Below are positions 42,501 through 57,500 of a DNA stretch of 64,000 nt, piece after piece. Each line of letters begins with the position of its first letter. Within the stretch, counting starts at the first letter, position 1. The notes beneath the pieces were generated by a model. That model worked only from the letters and a program-made list of their open reading frames with translations, was not told the DNA's origin and did not search any database. The stretch comes from Thalia democratica. Its lineage: Eukaryota. The stretch spans positions 27,466,001 to 27,530,000 of the forward strand of contig OZ241833.1 of assembly GCA_965202585.1 (NCBI GenBank), written 5' to 3'. The translations under genes and the position numbers were made by a program.

Positions 42501-45500
42501 CTTTGCAAAAGTCTCACGCAGGCTTGACATCGTTCACCTGGCTCGAATATTCACGGCTTGCAGATTCTTGCGCCCTTTTTAAAAGCGAGTGATTATTGAT
42601 TGGAGCGCGCAATTCACCCGCCACTCACAGTAAACTCGATTAAAAGCAACAGACTTCACAGCAAAGACGTTTCTCGGTTAAAATGAAAAAAAAAAACAGA
42701 AACTTTTCGACGTTGTTCGCAAAAAAAAACATATTTACATACATTTGTGATGAAATGTCGGAATCTGCCGATATATTGCCTCGGGCCGCAAACCAATTGA
42801 AATGGCCAGCAGATGAAAGCGGCCGTCGTGAGTCATTTGAGGCAATTTCGCTGCCACCACTTATTTCTAGGAAGCGATATCTTTTATCAAAGCAATAACG
42901 TATAAGTTATATTATACTGAACATAAACGCTTTAAACTTTTTTATCGCGTGAGTTTTGTACTTTTCACCTATATACTGCTTGATTTAAAAGCACTTTGAA
43001 AAGCACCTTTTTATTGCTTGAAGTTCTCACCTTGTTGTTGTTGAAGTTGAGCGTGTGCAGCCGGGACAGTCCCTTGAAGGTGTCCTTGTGCAGGTGGTGG
43101 ACCAGGTTGTTCTTCAGGTGCAGCTCTTCCAACTTGTACAGGCCCTTGAAGGCTTCCGGCTCCAGCTTGTATATTCGGTTGTCGCTCAGGTACATTCTGG
43201 TGGCGTGCGAGCTGCAAGCAAACAATAAATTTAGAATGTTTTTCGATTAAGGGGGATTTGTTTTTTTTAATCTGAAACTCACTATCCGTTTTCGTAGAAG
43301 GCCTCCGTTTTTATTTCCGTCAGAAAGTTGCCTTTGAAGTTGAACGATTCGAAGCGGGAGTTGTACGGAAAACTGGTCGTTTTAGTGATGTTTTTCTCGT
43401 AACATCTTACCTGTAATTAATAAAAATTGTTATAGTTTTTGTAATGTAATACATAAAAGCGCACAAACATATAAAACTGTTAGACAAATTTAACTTTATT
43501 TCAATCTGTATAGTATAGACTAAATAGCTGATTATATTGTAACTTTTACTAAACAAAAATGCCCAAATTTAAACATTGTGAAAGTTACACAAATTAAGTA
43601 AAATCCATGATAATTAGTTTTACATTTATAAACTAAAAAAATAAAGTTTAAGTTTTCAAGAAATCACATGTTTATATTCAATAAGATATTGAAATAAAAG
43701 TAAATGTCAGCAACAAAGTTTAAGCAGTTCAACAAACACTTGTTTAGAAAAATAATCACGTTTGTCAAACAAATTGGCGTGGCTTCAAGACACCCGCAAA
43801 CAAAACTTTGTCACACATTTATCTATTTTTTGTTTGCAAAGCGATTGCTTTCCGAAACTGAAACTAATTACCAAAAGTTAAAAAAGCTCATAAACAAAAA
43901 TCGTCAAGCAAAATTTTCAAGTCTAAGCCATAATTTTTTCTCATGACCTGTATGAAATCACTTAGAAAATCGCTAAAAATTATCATTTATTCAAAAAGTA
44001 AATCTGCAAACAACCACCTCTGAAAAATGCGTGCTGTCGTAACAAAGGCAGGGGCAGCTTTCCGCTCCGCAAAAATCCGAACAATCAATTTCCCGCGACA
44101 AACCGTCGTCTGCCATCCACAGAATGAAGGAGAAGTAACAAACTGCCTCTAATTTCCACATTCCGTCAAGTGTGACTGCCACTTACGCAAAAGTGAATTA
44201 AACAAAGCTGATGCGATACTAACTAAAGTTTGAAACTGTCTTATCTCTCTAAAGCTGCTTCTGATTTAAAGCAACCAGCCGAATGAAATGCTCAATACAG
44301 AAAAGCTGTGTTGAAAAAAAATGAGAGAGGGTGAACTTTTTTATTTTTTTTTCGAGAGAACCATGACGTGTTGTTGTCTCGGTCGAAGCGATTTGTGAGC
44401 TCTCTGTAGTTTTCATTTCTGACCGTTTATTTTTGCTGCTATTTCGATTGACAGGCATACATTTCAAACGAACCGTTTCCTACCGAGGCACCTGCGATGT
44501 TTGAATGTTGGTGAAGCGTTCACCGTCAACTTTAAGTAAAAAACTCATTCAAGAGCGCAGTTGCGAATCATTAGTTGTATTAGCACAATTAGATTTTTAT
44601 GTAAACAAAGAATCTATCTTAAGACTGACGGTTATAAAAAAGACTATAAAACGTCGATTAAGCCGGACTGTAAAACGACGTTTTCCTATAAATCGTATGT
44701 TTTTAATGCAGGCCTTAAAATAAACGGCAGCTAAATGTTGAATGCAAACTTTATTCACAAGGTATTTTACTGACAGTTTATTTCGTTGACGAAATTTTTC
44801 CAGACTTCGTGCATTGTTCTCTTTTTATGGCCTTTCGATTAAATTGTAAATTTTTTTAATTTTTTAATATATTTGAAATTTTATATCATTTTATGCTTAT
44901 AACAAAAAACTATTAAGTAGCAAAGAACTTAAAATCTTAAAAAATAATAAAATAATGCATTTTTTTAAAACACATAACAACATTTGGTTTTGTTATTTTT
45001 TTCATATCTGTTTAAAACAATATAACAATTGATTAATTTCAATAAAACTTCTACAAAATTGTAATTATCAATTTTAAAACTGTTTACTTAATTTACTTTG
45101 CCAAATTTTTACAATTTGCATCGAAAAATAAATTTATTTAATTGATTAAAAGTTTTTCATAAACTAGAATTTGTATGAAAATTTAAATTTTACAAATTTA
45201 TAATTAAACATCCTGTTAAGTAATTGGGTTAAAGTTTTGATTCAGCAAGCTTCAAAGGCCGCACTTGACTTTAACTTCTATTCTTAATACGCGAGCCACT
45301 TAAAAACAATTTAAAATTAATGAGCAACACGCAAGTTTATTGCGAGCAATTAAAATCTGGCTGATTATATGAAAACAAAATTGTGAATGACGCAAGATAA
45401 AAGGTGAGAAATTTTCACTTTGATCACAAGTTTGCACTACAAGCTCTGTACACTCTCTTAATATAGTTTTGTTAGGGTTTATAATAGTTTTCAAGCCAAA

Positions 45501-48500
45501 TCCTCGTGTTTTGAGCACAAATTTTTATGAAAAGGGGGAAAGTTGTTATTGTTGTTCGCTGGTTCATTGCTTGCCCCACTTGATGGTTCAACAACCCTTC
45601 ATTTTTGTGAAAACTGAAGTTGTCTGCCTCAAGTCGAGTGTAATTAGCAGCAACTTGCTTTGTTCAAATCTACCAAGTGTTTGAAACTGCACTTAAACAA
45701 AGCAGCAAAGAATATATTTGATTTTTGGCTGAATGAATCTTGTGTGCTTGAGTCAAGCTTTGCAAGTTCAGAAATTCAATTAATGTTTGAAAATATGATT
45801 AGTATTATTTTTTACTTTACTAATTATTTTTAAAACAATGTCTTTAAGATATTATTAGGTTTTGATAAAATAACATGTTTAATAAAAGTTTCAGTCTTTT
45901 TGGATATTTACTTATATTATTTTAGATATTTTAAATTTACTATTTAAATTTATTTTTAACTTCAAACTAATTATTTACTTGTCCTAAAGATTGCTTTGTA
46001 AACAAAATGCGCATGTTAAGTTTATGTGTACTAAATGTTTAAACACAACTAAAACAAAATAATTTATAAAGTAAACCAATTAATCTTTATAAAATGATTA
46101 AAAGCAGAACAACCTACTTATAGTTTATGTTTTGAAATGAATACCTTACTTTAATAATTAGTATAGTCTAATTTTAAACAGTTTGAAATGGTTAGTAAAA
46201 ATTAATAATAACCTCGTTTTCTCATAACCTTTTGTTCTGTTATTAATTGTTTCTTATAATATATATCTTAATTATAAACTTCACTAAACATACTTGTATC
46301 TAACTTGACAATTTTACAAAAGGTGAGGTATTTGGGCCAACTGTGAGACAGTATTACCCTCAACCAATAGGAGAAGAGATTTCCAGAGTCATTATGTACG
46401 ATGGAACAGTAGTGAAAAATATGAAGGATGGTTCAACACAAGTCAGATTAATTTTTCTATATATATAATTGTTATGAGTATAGTTTTAATAATAAAATCT
46501 TAAAAAATGTTTTATACTGACAAAACATATTTTTACTTACAGAATAACAACTACAATAAATTTAATTTCTTCAATTTAATTATAAAAGTTATTGTATGTA
46601 CAAAACACGCATGGTAAAGTTGTTTAACTAAAATTTTTTAACAGAAAAAGCTTCATCTTAGTTCTTAAACCTCTATTTTAAAGCATCCAAATATTAAATA
46701 TAACGTACTATATATATATATATATATATATAGAAATGCATATTTCTACTGTTTATATTAAATATGTTACCATAAACCAAATTTTATCTAGCTTAATTAA
46801 TCTCCATATGTTTTTAAACCTGAAAATATTTAATGTACAGATTTTATGTTTGGACGGAACAGTTCACACAGCAGGTTTCGATGAAGGTAATTACCCTAAA
46901 GACGACCAAAACACCCCAAACTCCCCAAGTTATGTTGGGGACAGTTACAAAAAGAGTGAGTTTAAGTTATATGTTTCTGAATTAGAATTCTATTTATCTC
47001 TTAGTAAAAACTTTAGCAGGATTAGGTTGATAAGCTCAAAGTTTAGATACTTTGATCAGGTTCATATTAAAGGCAACACAGAGCTTTAAATAAGTTGTTA
47101 TCATCGATTTTTCTGACTATTGTTTCGTCGCTATTTGCAACAACTATTAAAGCAAAAATAATATTTAGAAAAAATTTTTAAAATAAAACCATGCATAGTG
47201 ACATACTTTCGATATAAATTACTAAAACAACTTGAATTTATTTATTTTTTACTAAAATCACAAAAAAAAAGCCTAAGTATAAGTACTAATTCATTATATT
47301 AAAGTTACTGGGAAATCAACTTAAAATAAATCATAAAAATTTTCATTTATCAAGTTTAACGCCGAATTATAAACTTAATAGCGGTATTGTCAAAAGAGTT
47401 AAGAGTTAATCTTTTTAGAATTACTTCAAAACTTTTCTTTGTTGCAATCACCCCTTTTCATCGCCACTCGAAAATATTTCACCGCAATTAATTTTCTCAC
47501 GACAGACTCTGTGGTGCAAGGGGGCGTTGTGAAAGGAGGAAATGGGAGAAAATCCAACGCAAAGGAGGAGAAAAGGGCCTCCAACTCGCACCGGAATCCA
47601 GCAGTTTACCTTCAACCATCTGATATTTATAAGTATATAAAACTGTTTATTTGTTAAAAAGTTGATAAACTATAAGTTCTAAAACATTTATAAAGTCTTT
47701 GCAACAATACATAAAAACTTGTAAGTAATTCTTCATGTTTCGCTTTTAAGTTGTAAACTAAAAATATATTAAAAACCCATTAAATTTCGGAAACCTTCTG
47801 TTTTTCTTGAGTTAATTCATTTAACTTTAAAACTCATAAATGACAGGATGTTTAAAAAAAAGCAGTTTTTTTAGATATAGTAGTAATTTCAATCAAAAAT
47901 AAAATAATGAAATACTTTACATTTTCTTCTGATACATTATCTTTTTATTCTAACTAATTAACCAATCACAGGTTGGATGGTGGAGATCATACGGACCAAT
48001 TGTGGCAGACTACGTCAATATGCGGTGACGTCAGCATCACGTGCCACAACAAACCTTCTCAGCCAATCACCAAGCGAGTTTGCTACGTCGCCAAGGACCC
48101 AATCACTAGAGAGGTGATTTTGAAACAAAAAAAAAAGCAAAATTTTATTTTACTTAAAAACAAGATTAGGTAAAACAAAGTTTTATATTTTCTAAAGATG
48201 GCAGTAAAAAGTTCAAAAGAAATACTCATTTAGTTTTTAGATGAATATATTCAAACTAAATGGTATCAAATAAAAATGTTTTTTGGAAAAAAAAAAGGTT
48301 TTCAATATTAAATCGAGCGGCACTAATCCCAGTTGATTGATCCTTTTCTCTTATTTCAAACAAAATCTTGCTTGCAGTAAACAAATAGTTTATGGTAAAA
48401 TCGCCATCTATTTTGCCGGTAATTACCTTCACTTTGCTAGCAATTGTTACCCCAAACAAGCTTACAAAAATCCTATGAAGTTCAACTCAAATTGACATTA

Positions 48501-51500
48501 ATTTTAATTACTTTGTCTGCCTCATTCAAGCGTTAAAGTGCATTAAATTGCATTTGAACTGCTTTAATTTTGTCTTCAATTTCTAAGATAAAGTTTTATA
48601 CCCAGTTTAATTGACTTGTAATTCCATTTTAGTATCTTGTAAGTTTTCTATTGACAGTTTAATTATTTTAAATTGTCAAAATACCCTGTATTTCAAGTTA
48701 GCAATTTTTAACTTTAAACTGTTTAACCTGTTTTTATTATCAATATGTTTTACAGCGCATAAATCAATTTTCTTCAATTTAACAAACTTTATAAATTTGA
48801 AAAGTACTAAAAAAAAGTTTTTTATAACAAGTAGATTTTCGTGATCTTTTAACTACTTGCGGGTCAATATTACATTTACATGTTTAATTTTTTTCAACTT
48901 GGGGGAATAGCACAAGGGGTCAGCAAACCATCAATCACGTGACTGTTTGAGCATGACCAATCACATCGATTCAATCTTCCGACAAAAACAAACTGCATCA
49001 AAAAAAGCTGATCGGTTTTGCAATTGGTGTCAGCTCGCTAATTCAATTTGCTTTTTCAGCTGCCGTGAGAAAAAAATCCCCTTTAAATCCAATTTGTGTG
49101 TGGCGATTCGATTTCACGGCGTGACGTAAAAATGTGACGTCACAACCAGCAGATGCGCGATTTTCACCAGCAGCCTGTCAACTTTCTCACACATAAAAGG
49201 ATTGAAAAGGGGGTTTCCCTTCCATCAAAAGATTTTGCGGTTGTTGGGGTGAATTTGAGATGACCCTTGAAATGTTTGCGCGTCTTTTGTCATAGCCGCC
49301 CCCAATCCAAACACTAGAACCTGACTTGAGCGACTTTTTATATTATTAGACACGTTTTTTTTTTTTTTCCGAATAGTGTTTTTGTGATGCCGTCGAACTG
49401 AACTTTAATCTATCATCATAAACGCGCTAATGTATGAGCTAGAAAGGATTAAACGCTGCATTTTGATTGATTGGTAAAATCACTGATGTGTGACGGACCA
49501 ATTGACGGTGATTGGCCAATTTCAAAGTGACAATATCATGCCAAAAGTTATTATGCCCAGGTGCAACTTTTCTACTTGCAAGTGCAAATTCTATCTGATG
49601 TAAAAATATCACAACTATTTCAAGTAGCTTGTTATGATTTTCAAAGGGTTGTTAAGTGTGAGCTATTTAAAATTTCATAATAATGTATAGATAGTTTGAG
49701 TTTTTTTTTTGCAATTTTAATAAATAAAAAGCTAGTTTCATTTTATTGGGTAATAAAGTTATAAAGTTTCTTGCGCAGAATTGGATATGTGAAATAAAAA
49801 AGTTTGTGATTGATAAATTCTAATGTTTGCATACAAACGAAAACTTATGATTTATTTATAATTTTTAAATGTTATTAATTGCTTTGGATATGTTTCTGTA
49901 CTTTCAAGTTTTTTAGTTATTTTGTGCTTTAAGTTTAAAAACGCCCGAAAAGTATTAGCATTGAGTAAATTTTACCAAATTTGTAAAAGCAAAATTTTTA
50001 TTTTTTATCTTTTAAGAAAGCAATTGTATAATAATTTACAAATATTAAGTTTAATAAAATGAAAATCTTACTTATACACTTCGTTTTAAAAACTGCTGTT
50101 AAAGACATAATTTAGAAACTTTTACAAAATTACTTTTACTTTGAAATTAAATCAATACGTTAATACAATAAAATTTTAAAACACAACATTTTTCCCAGGT
50201 AATGTACAGTTTAGAGGATAGTACAGTTCTGGTTGAAAGACCTGACGGTGGACTAGTTTGTGACCACGAAGACGGAACCAGAATAACCAAATTTTTCACC
50301 TACGACCAATTCGGTTAGATTTTTTTTTAAATATTTAATGTCTAGGGTATTTTTTTTTTAAGCATTTTTTAAAACGAACTGTTTTACACGGTTAATTATA
50401 AACTAAAATTTCTGAATCCTATTTTTATGTTAATTTACAGGCCACATTGTATGGCTGGTTCGAGTTGAATGTGAAGGATTTGCCACTGTCACATTCGATC
50501 TGACAAATGGCGAGTCCATGACCTTATTTGGAAGTGGTACAACTCTGTCCATGTCTCAGGATCAGGACTACAAGGTTTAAATAGTTTGTAAATAGTTTTA
50601 ATTAAAAAAACTAGTTCTGCTCTTTTTTAGGCGTGTGAATCTACTTATAACTGTTTCAATAGTTTTCTCTTATTTTTACAAAAGCTTAAGTTCAGAAAAG
50701 TTAGAAAAAAACAATTAAATTTATTTAAAATAAAAGCACCAAAATTAAATTTTATTTTCCACAAAAGAATTTTTGACCATCAAATGTTAAATAAACAATC
50801 CAACAAAAATTGTTTATAAAAATTAAACCCAACTAAAAACAGCTGTCGCATTGGACGGGGGGAATCTTCGTGCTTTCCCGCGGCGGCACCGCCCTCTACC
50901 GGCCTGCCCCCGAAAACCCACCGACCAGGAAGCGATCGGACACGGACATCAGCAGGGAGAACGTCGGAGGGGAGGAGAACTTCTCAGGCGAGGAGGAGCA
51001 GGTCACTTATTTGTTACGTCACAATGACCCCGTCTGCTTCGAAATGAGCGACTTCGACGGCAACGTTTTTCAGGTTTAAATTTTTTGTTTTTATAGTTTT
51101 TATTTTTGTATTGATTAAAATTTCTTTAAACATTCTCACATTGTCAATTATTTTTTTTTTAAACACTTTTAAGCTTAACAACTTTACCCCACAGATCAGG
51201 AACAACGGATGTGTGACGTCATACAACGCGCATCAGGGCTGCGTGGAGGAATATGAAGACGAGGAGGGGGAAAACCCTGCAATGAATATCGAGGGTCAGC
51301 AAAAGTACCTGAAAAAATACGCAAAACACCCGCCCAGGTAAAAATATGTGAAAATTCGTTGGACTTATTTGAAAAAAGATAAGGATAGGTATTGAATCAA
51401 AACTTTAAAAATGTAAGACTAGTTCATTTTTAATTTACTGAACAATTTGTTAAGTTTTTTTACAGCATTTATATGTTCTTATTTTTAAAATACTTGCTTT

Positions 51501-54500
51501 AAAAAACTATAAATGAAAACTTAATTTAACTACCTTACGTACAAGTTAAGAACAGGCTTAATGAAACTTTAGTTTCCTAGGACAAAATAATTAACTAGAA
51601 TTTGCTTTTCTGCTGAATAGGATTTAAAAAATTTAATTCAGTTTTGTTATGCCGTTAAAATTCATGCTGCGTAGATAATTTAATTATGCAAGTATTTTTG
51701 TTCTTTGTGTAAATATTTTAAATCAGTGCTTTATAAGTAATCAACTGCTACAAAATGAAAAATTAAACATTTTTTTAAAATATTCATAAAACATTGTTTA
51801 AATACATTTTGAGTTTTAGTAATAGTTCGTTTAATTTTTGAATTCTTGTTTTCTTCTTTCGTTCAATAGACAACGTATTTTTGTAACATATTTTTCTCAA
51901 AAATTTCCAGATTTGTCCACAGAATTTGCTAACTAAATGAACAAAAATAAATAAACTTTAAATATCAAGTTAGATTGTGTAAATAATAGTTTAAAGTCGT
52001 GTACTGTGAAATAAACAAACCAAAGTGCTTATTCTTTTTTTGCAGATTATTTGTAGTCAACAATGACGGAAGCGGATACGAATTGTTACGTCATAGTGAC
52101 GTCAAACCTTCCATACAGGCTGCCGAATTGGATCAGTTTACTGCTGTTGTCAAGGACCAGTTGCTAGGTGACACAACTGCAGTTGGTACGTTGCACTCAT
52201 ACATCAATTGCTAATTTAATAAAATTTTATTTTAATTGTTTGTTGCAGTTATATACTTGGTTTCTTACAAAGAGCGTTGTTATATTGTAGTTTGCTTAAG
52301 CTTTTGACTGGTTTTTTATATATTTAATTATAAATAAATCTAGACCACTGGTTGAAATTTTCATTATTGTGGACAGTAAAATAGTTTTAAAAAATTGTGT
52401 GCATACTGGATAGATTAGTATATATATATTACAACAACCTAATAAAAGTTATTCTTGTCCTTATTATGAATAAATTCTTATTAAAAACTATCAAAAGTTA
52501 ACTTTTCAACAAAAATTAGTATATGTTGTAACTAGTTTTTTTACAAATACTACTACCCTCAAAATTTATGTGCACAGTGTTTCAGCTATGTACAGCACAA
52601 GCTTACACTTTAGGAAACACTGCCATAGAAAACACAATCCGTTTTTTTTTTTTTAGATTTTATTATAATGTTCTTAAGGTAAACATATTAATTTAAGTCA
52701 TAAAAATACAATTTTTTCAGGGTTGACAATAATGCGACCTCATCACAACGATCTCGGGCAAGTTTGGAAATTGGACAAAATAGAAAGCGAAATAATCCCG
52801 CCAAATATCAGATCACGTGACCTGCAAACCTACGACTTCTGGTTGGTTGTATATTTGAAGAATGTTATACAAAAAAAATGTCGTTGTAACAACTATTTTT
52901 CATTTAAAATTGTTTACAAAATACGCATGCAAAGTTTATATTAGATTGGTAAAATAGAAACAGTGTACTATGTGCCTATTCTTTTCAGGAAGCCAGTCAG
53001 TGAGAAAATCTTCCAATTCGGTCACAAAAAGGGTAGGGGACTAGCAATTGGATCGTTGGAGCCGCCAAAACCCACACCAGTGGCCCCAACTTGTCCCGAT
53101 ACATTGGAAGTCCGTCAATTGGTCAGACATCCGGAAATTTCAAACGGTAAGAAAATATCTGCATCAAAAATGTTACTTTAAAAGCTGTATTTTCTCATTT
53201 AAATCATCATTTTGACCTTTAAATTTTAACACCTTTCACTTTCGGTTTTACAATACATAGTTGTCATTGACAGAAAAGCTCAAAGCTGAAAGTAATGAAG
53301 TTTCAACAGCTTTTTGTTTGTACTGAGATAAGGTTGAGTGCTAGATTAAACATTTCCAATTGCGATTTGTTTACAATTTGCAGTTAAAATAAGTTTTGTC
53401 ACCTGCCATTGATTGCTTTGTAAATTTTCTAAACAAAACTTTTTTTGTGCTTAATTTCGATTAATGCGCTTAAACAGACAATAAAATGTGCTTTTTTAGA
53501 CAAGCTTGAAATTTTTTAAGGAAATTCGCCTTGATATTTGAAGTTTATGTAACAAAGTTTCAGTCTGATATTCCTTATATTTGAAACATTATTAGTCATC
53601 TTAGTTTCCAATATCTTAAACAACAACTGAGTATTACCGATTTGTATTTAGTAAAAACATTTATATTAAAAAAAATTATTTTAGTTTAAGTCTTAATGTC
53701 AACTATATATTTAAAATAGATAACTGTACTTGCATTTTTACTTAGTAAAGTTTAATGTAAGACATGAATACAGTTAACTTACATTTACTCTTACTACAAC
53801 TTGTACTTTTTTTAACAATAAATTTGTTAAAAAAAAAAATTTCACAACAATGTCCGCACAGAAACGCGTTCGATGCTTCAGAAGAGGTTTCTGGAGTTTG
53901 TGAGGAAGTTATCGCGTGAGGAGATCCACAGGAAGCTGATGCAGATGGAAGATCCGAGGGAGGAGGGAGAAGTGAGGAGGGCGGAGGATCTTCTTACCTT
54001 ACTCCTCCACTACGACGACAATGTCAAAATGTTGTCTGTACGTTTATCAATAATATTTATTTATAGCAAATAGAGGTGTTTGAGAAAGTTAAGATAAATC
54101 TCTAACATTTTTTTTTAGTATCTAATTAAAACATTTGTTTTTTCTTAATGTTTAAAATTAATCAAGTGTTTGGAATTTATGTGTAAAACCTATTTTTATT
54201 TTAATAATGCAGTACTTTTTACTAAGTTATGGTTTGTTGTTTGTCGTTATGATTGAAATATTGCTCATTAATTATACTTTCAATAACTTTCATCTTTCAA
54301 AATCTAAAAAGGCAAAGTCATGCATCCAACTTATACGCATTGTCTAGTGACACGTTTAATCGTCGATAATTCTTCTCCTTATCAAATACAAACAACTTTC
54401 ACATTTTAACTTGAATCAACAACTGAGGCCATTGTCATGTCTCTACAAAAGGTGAATCTTTTTTGATGGATTTAAAGTATCGAAATACGTTTTTTTTGTC

Positions 54501-57500
54501 CATTTCATTGCCCATCAGTGATAGATCAAATATTTGTTTAGTCATTTGCATTTGAGCCTGGCAATAAAAAGTGGCGAAAAGTGGCAAGTGTTTGTTTTAC
54601 GACACGAAATTGTTTTGTTTTCGCCGCCTAAGTGCTTTTTGTTTGGTCAGCAGTAAAGTTTGTTGTTTGGAAATTTGGGTTTTGTTTACAAACGAAAGCT
54701 TTTAATTCATCTGTTCAGCTGAAATTTAACCGGCCATTTTCTCTTACGATTAAACTAAAGTTTGTGCTTTTAAAGTCGTAAGAAATAATTAACGCTTTTG
54801 TGTCAGTCTACTTGATAGGAAGAAATTACTTAACGCTAAAAGGTGACAATTTACTTAAAAAAATGCGCTTCTTTTTTGACTCACTATACATACATCTATT
54901 GATATAAAACTAAATTATTTAAAGACAAATGCAAAACTTCTACTACATCCAACGTAAGTGTTGCAAACTTTTTTCAGCCCCACAAGGACAGCAATGCCCC
55001 GATCGACCGCGAAGAAGAAATAATTCCGACGAATGTTCAACCGCTAGGCGACGTTGTTTGCATGAAGCACAACTACGAGAAGGCGCTTTCTCCCGAAAAA
55101 CCCCCGACTCCGAGAAGAGCGTCGGTCAATCTGACCAGGGAAGATTGGGATCAGATCAGAGAGGAGCTGCTGGAAGAAAGCTGCAACAGGAACGCTCTCA
55201 GGTCGGAAAAAATAAATTATTTTAAATCTTAATTGTATGTACGTGTAAAATATTTCGTTCATTGTGTTTTGGGCTCTTTTAAGGAGGTTAATATGTTATT
55301 TTTTATGCTGAGCGCTTTTAACTGATGTTTTTGTTCTTATCATAAAACATTCATCCAGTTTTCTCAAACTGTTTCATTCAGTTTTTTATTAATACATATA
55401 ATATAGGGAAAAATTTAATAGAATAAACCATACAACTAGATATTTTAACGGTATTTTCAAAGCCATAAATATTTGCTCATTTAGTTTCACAGTTGTTTGA
55501 TCAAACAGAAAATATTTTCTTTTCTTTCTAAAAACTCCACATTTGTTATTATGACGTCACTATTTATTAACAGGTACAAGAAAGTGCCAACGTACTTTCA
55601 GAGCGAGGAGGGCAGAGAGTGGTTACGGACGCAAACGGAGCTGCTCAACGAAGCCAGCAAGCGGCTGAAACCGCGGCAACAGATGAGCGTGTTGCTAGGC
55701 AACAACGACGAGAAGGTGTACGTGGGGAAGCACCCCATCGACAAGATGAACGTCACCAGCAATGGTAATGTGACGTCACTTTAAAGAATTTTTTATTTTG
55801 AAGTTATTTGTTTTTTTTTAACATGAGTAAGATGTTTCAGCTTCTAATAATAACATTTAATTAAACAGCTGCAAGATTAAAAACAATACAAATTTTCTAC
55901 TAATTTAAAACTGTAATTCTACTCTTAAATTAGACTTTTTTTGTAAAGGTGAGTAGGTAGTATAACATATTTTATTTGGTGAAAAACAGTTCAGCAAGTC
56001 TTAATGTTTATTGGTTTGTTTAAAAAAAGGCAAAATTATAAAAGTTTGTATGTGTCTTTATTTCCTAATATAACATTTTTTTTTTGTTTAAAATGTTATA
56101 ACGTTATGTAAAAAATTGTTTGTTTCAAAACTAAAGCTTGCAAGTACTTAAGAAAAGTAAATTTTGTTTGAAATTTTTAAGAGCTTAAACACTAAAGTAT
56201 TAGTTTGAGTTGTCAAGTATTTTCAGAATATACTTTTATATTTAAATATAATTGTTTCAGTTTTAATAATTGCAAATAATTGTTAACTTTTAACGTTAAT
56301 ACTGATTTAATTGAAAAAGTAACCCTCAGTTTCTTGAAAGCATGAAATTATGCCAAAATATTTGACCTCAGCTTAAACAGATGTTTTTCCTTTTAAAAAA
56401 TATCAGCACAACTTTAATTATCTTGCTCATATTGCTAGTTTTCTCGGGAAGCTTGCCAAAACTAAGTTCAAAATGCCACAAATTTTCTATTTATTTTTGT
56501 ATCACTATTAGTTTCGCTTGAAGTTGAATTTTTTTTTTCAAGCTGTTTATTATGTGAATGAACTTTTAATTGAATTGATGAATATGACGAAATAAAAATA
56601 TTTTACTCAAAAAACCGTACTAAAATGTATTTTTAACTTATAAACACAGCATTCTAAGCCTATTTACTTTATTTAAAAGACTAACAAAATAAGTGTATTA
56701 AATTTTAAACTACAAATTTATTATTAATAGTTAGTAAGTTAATGAAATTTTTGATAAATTGTGAATAACATGTGTTATAAAACTTTAGAGGAATCAATAC
56801 TAGAAGTTAATGAACTGAGAAGAAAAAGTATGGCAGCAAAAGAAGAAAAATTACAGCGTAATTCAGGTGATTTATATTTGGAAAGTAAACATTTTAGTAT
56901 TACTTTTTGTTTGCTTATTAATTAATTTTATATTTTGCAGTTAATGCACAACAAAAGTCAATTTTGCAACAAATTAATGAATCAGTATCCACTGATAATG
57001 AAAGTAAGTTACATTTATTTGTTTACAAATTGTTTTGAGACTATTGACATCAAATAAAAAGATATATTAATAAAACTTTTTGTTTTTATCAGCCTTTACA
57101 AGAAAAAAAAAATTGTTTAAACACAATATTGTTTCATTAATAATAGTTTATATTAAATTTTAACTAAAACATACATAACCTGAAATTTTATAGTTTTATA
57201 TGTTTAATAAATAAGTGTACTTCCAAGTATGCGTGATAAGATCATCTTCTATTTGAAACTAGAAAATTAGATCACGACTTTATTAATTCATATAATGTAT
57301 CCCATTTCGATACAGCTAGTTTTATATGCAATTTCATTACCGAATATGAGCATTTTGAGTTTATTCACAAAATCGTTCATTTTATCAAAAGCCTGAAAGC
57401 GAATTTTATCAAAGCTTCCAAATCGTTGCGTAAATTAAGAAGCATTTCGCTTTTCTGCGATGGAAAAAGTTAATCAATTTTTCGTAACATTTGCTAAATT

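Noticed and set aside
44505-44723. 72-aa ORF kept in both duplicated copies, with an LxxLxxLDFxxN-like stretch
   Set aside because: Non-ATG start, single weak motif, 9 of 16 differences nonsynonymous; retention is explained by recent duplication
47506-47972. Apparent non-canonical intron after exon 25
   Set aside because: Resolved with a normal GTATAT donor at 47633 in phase 2
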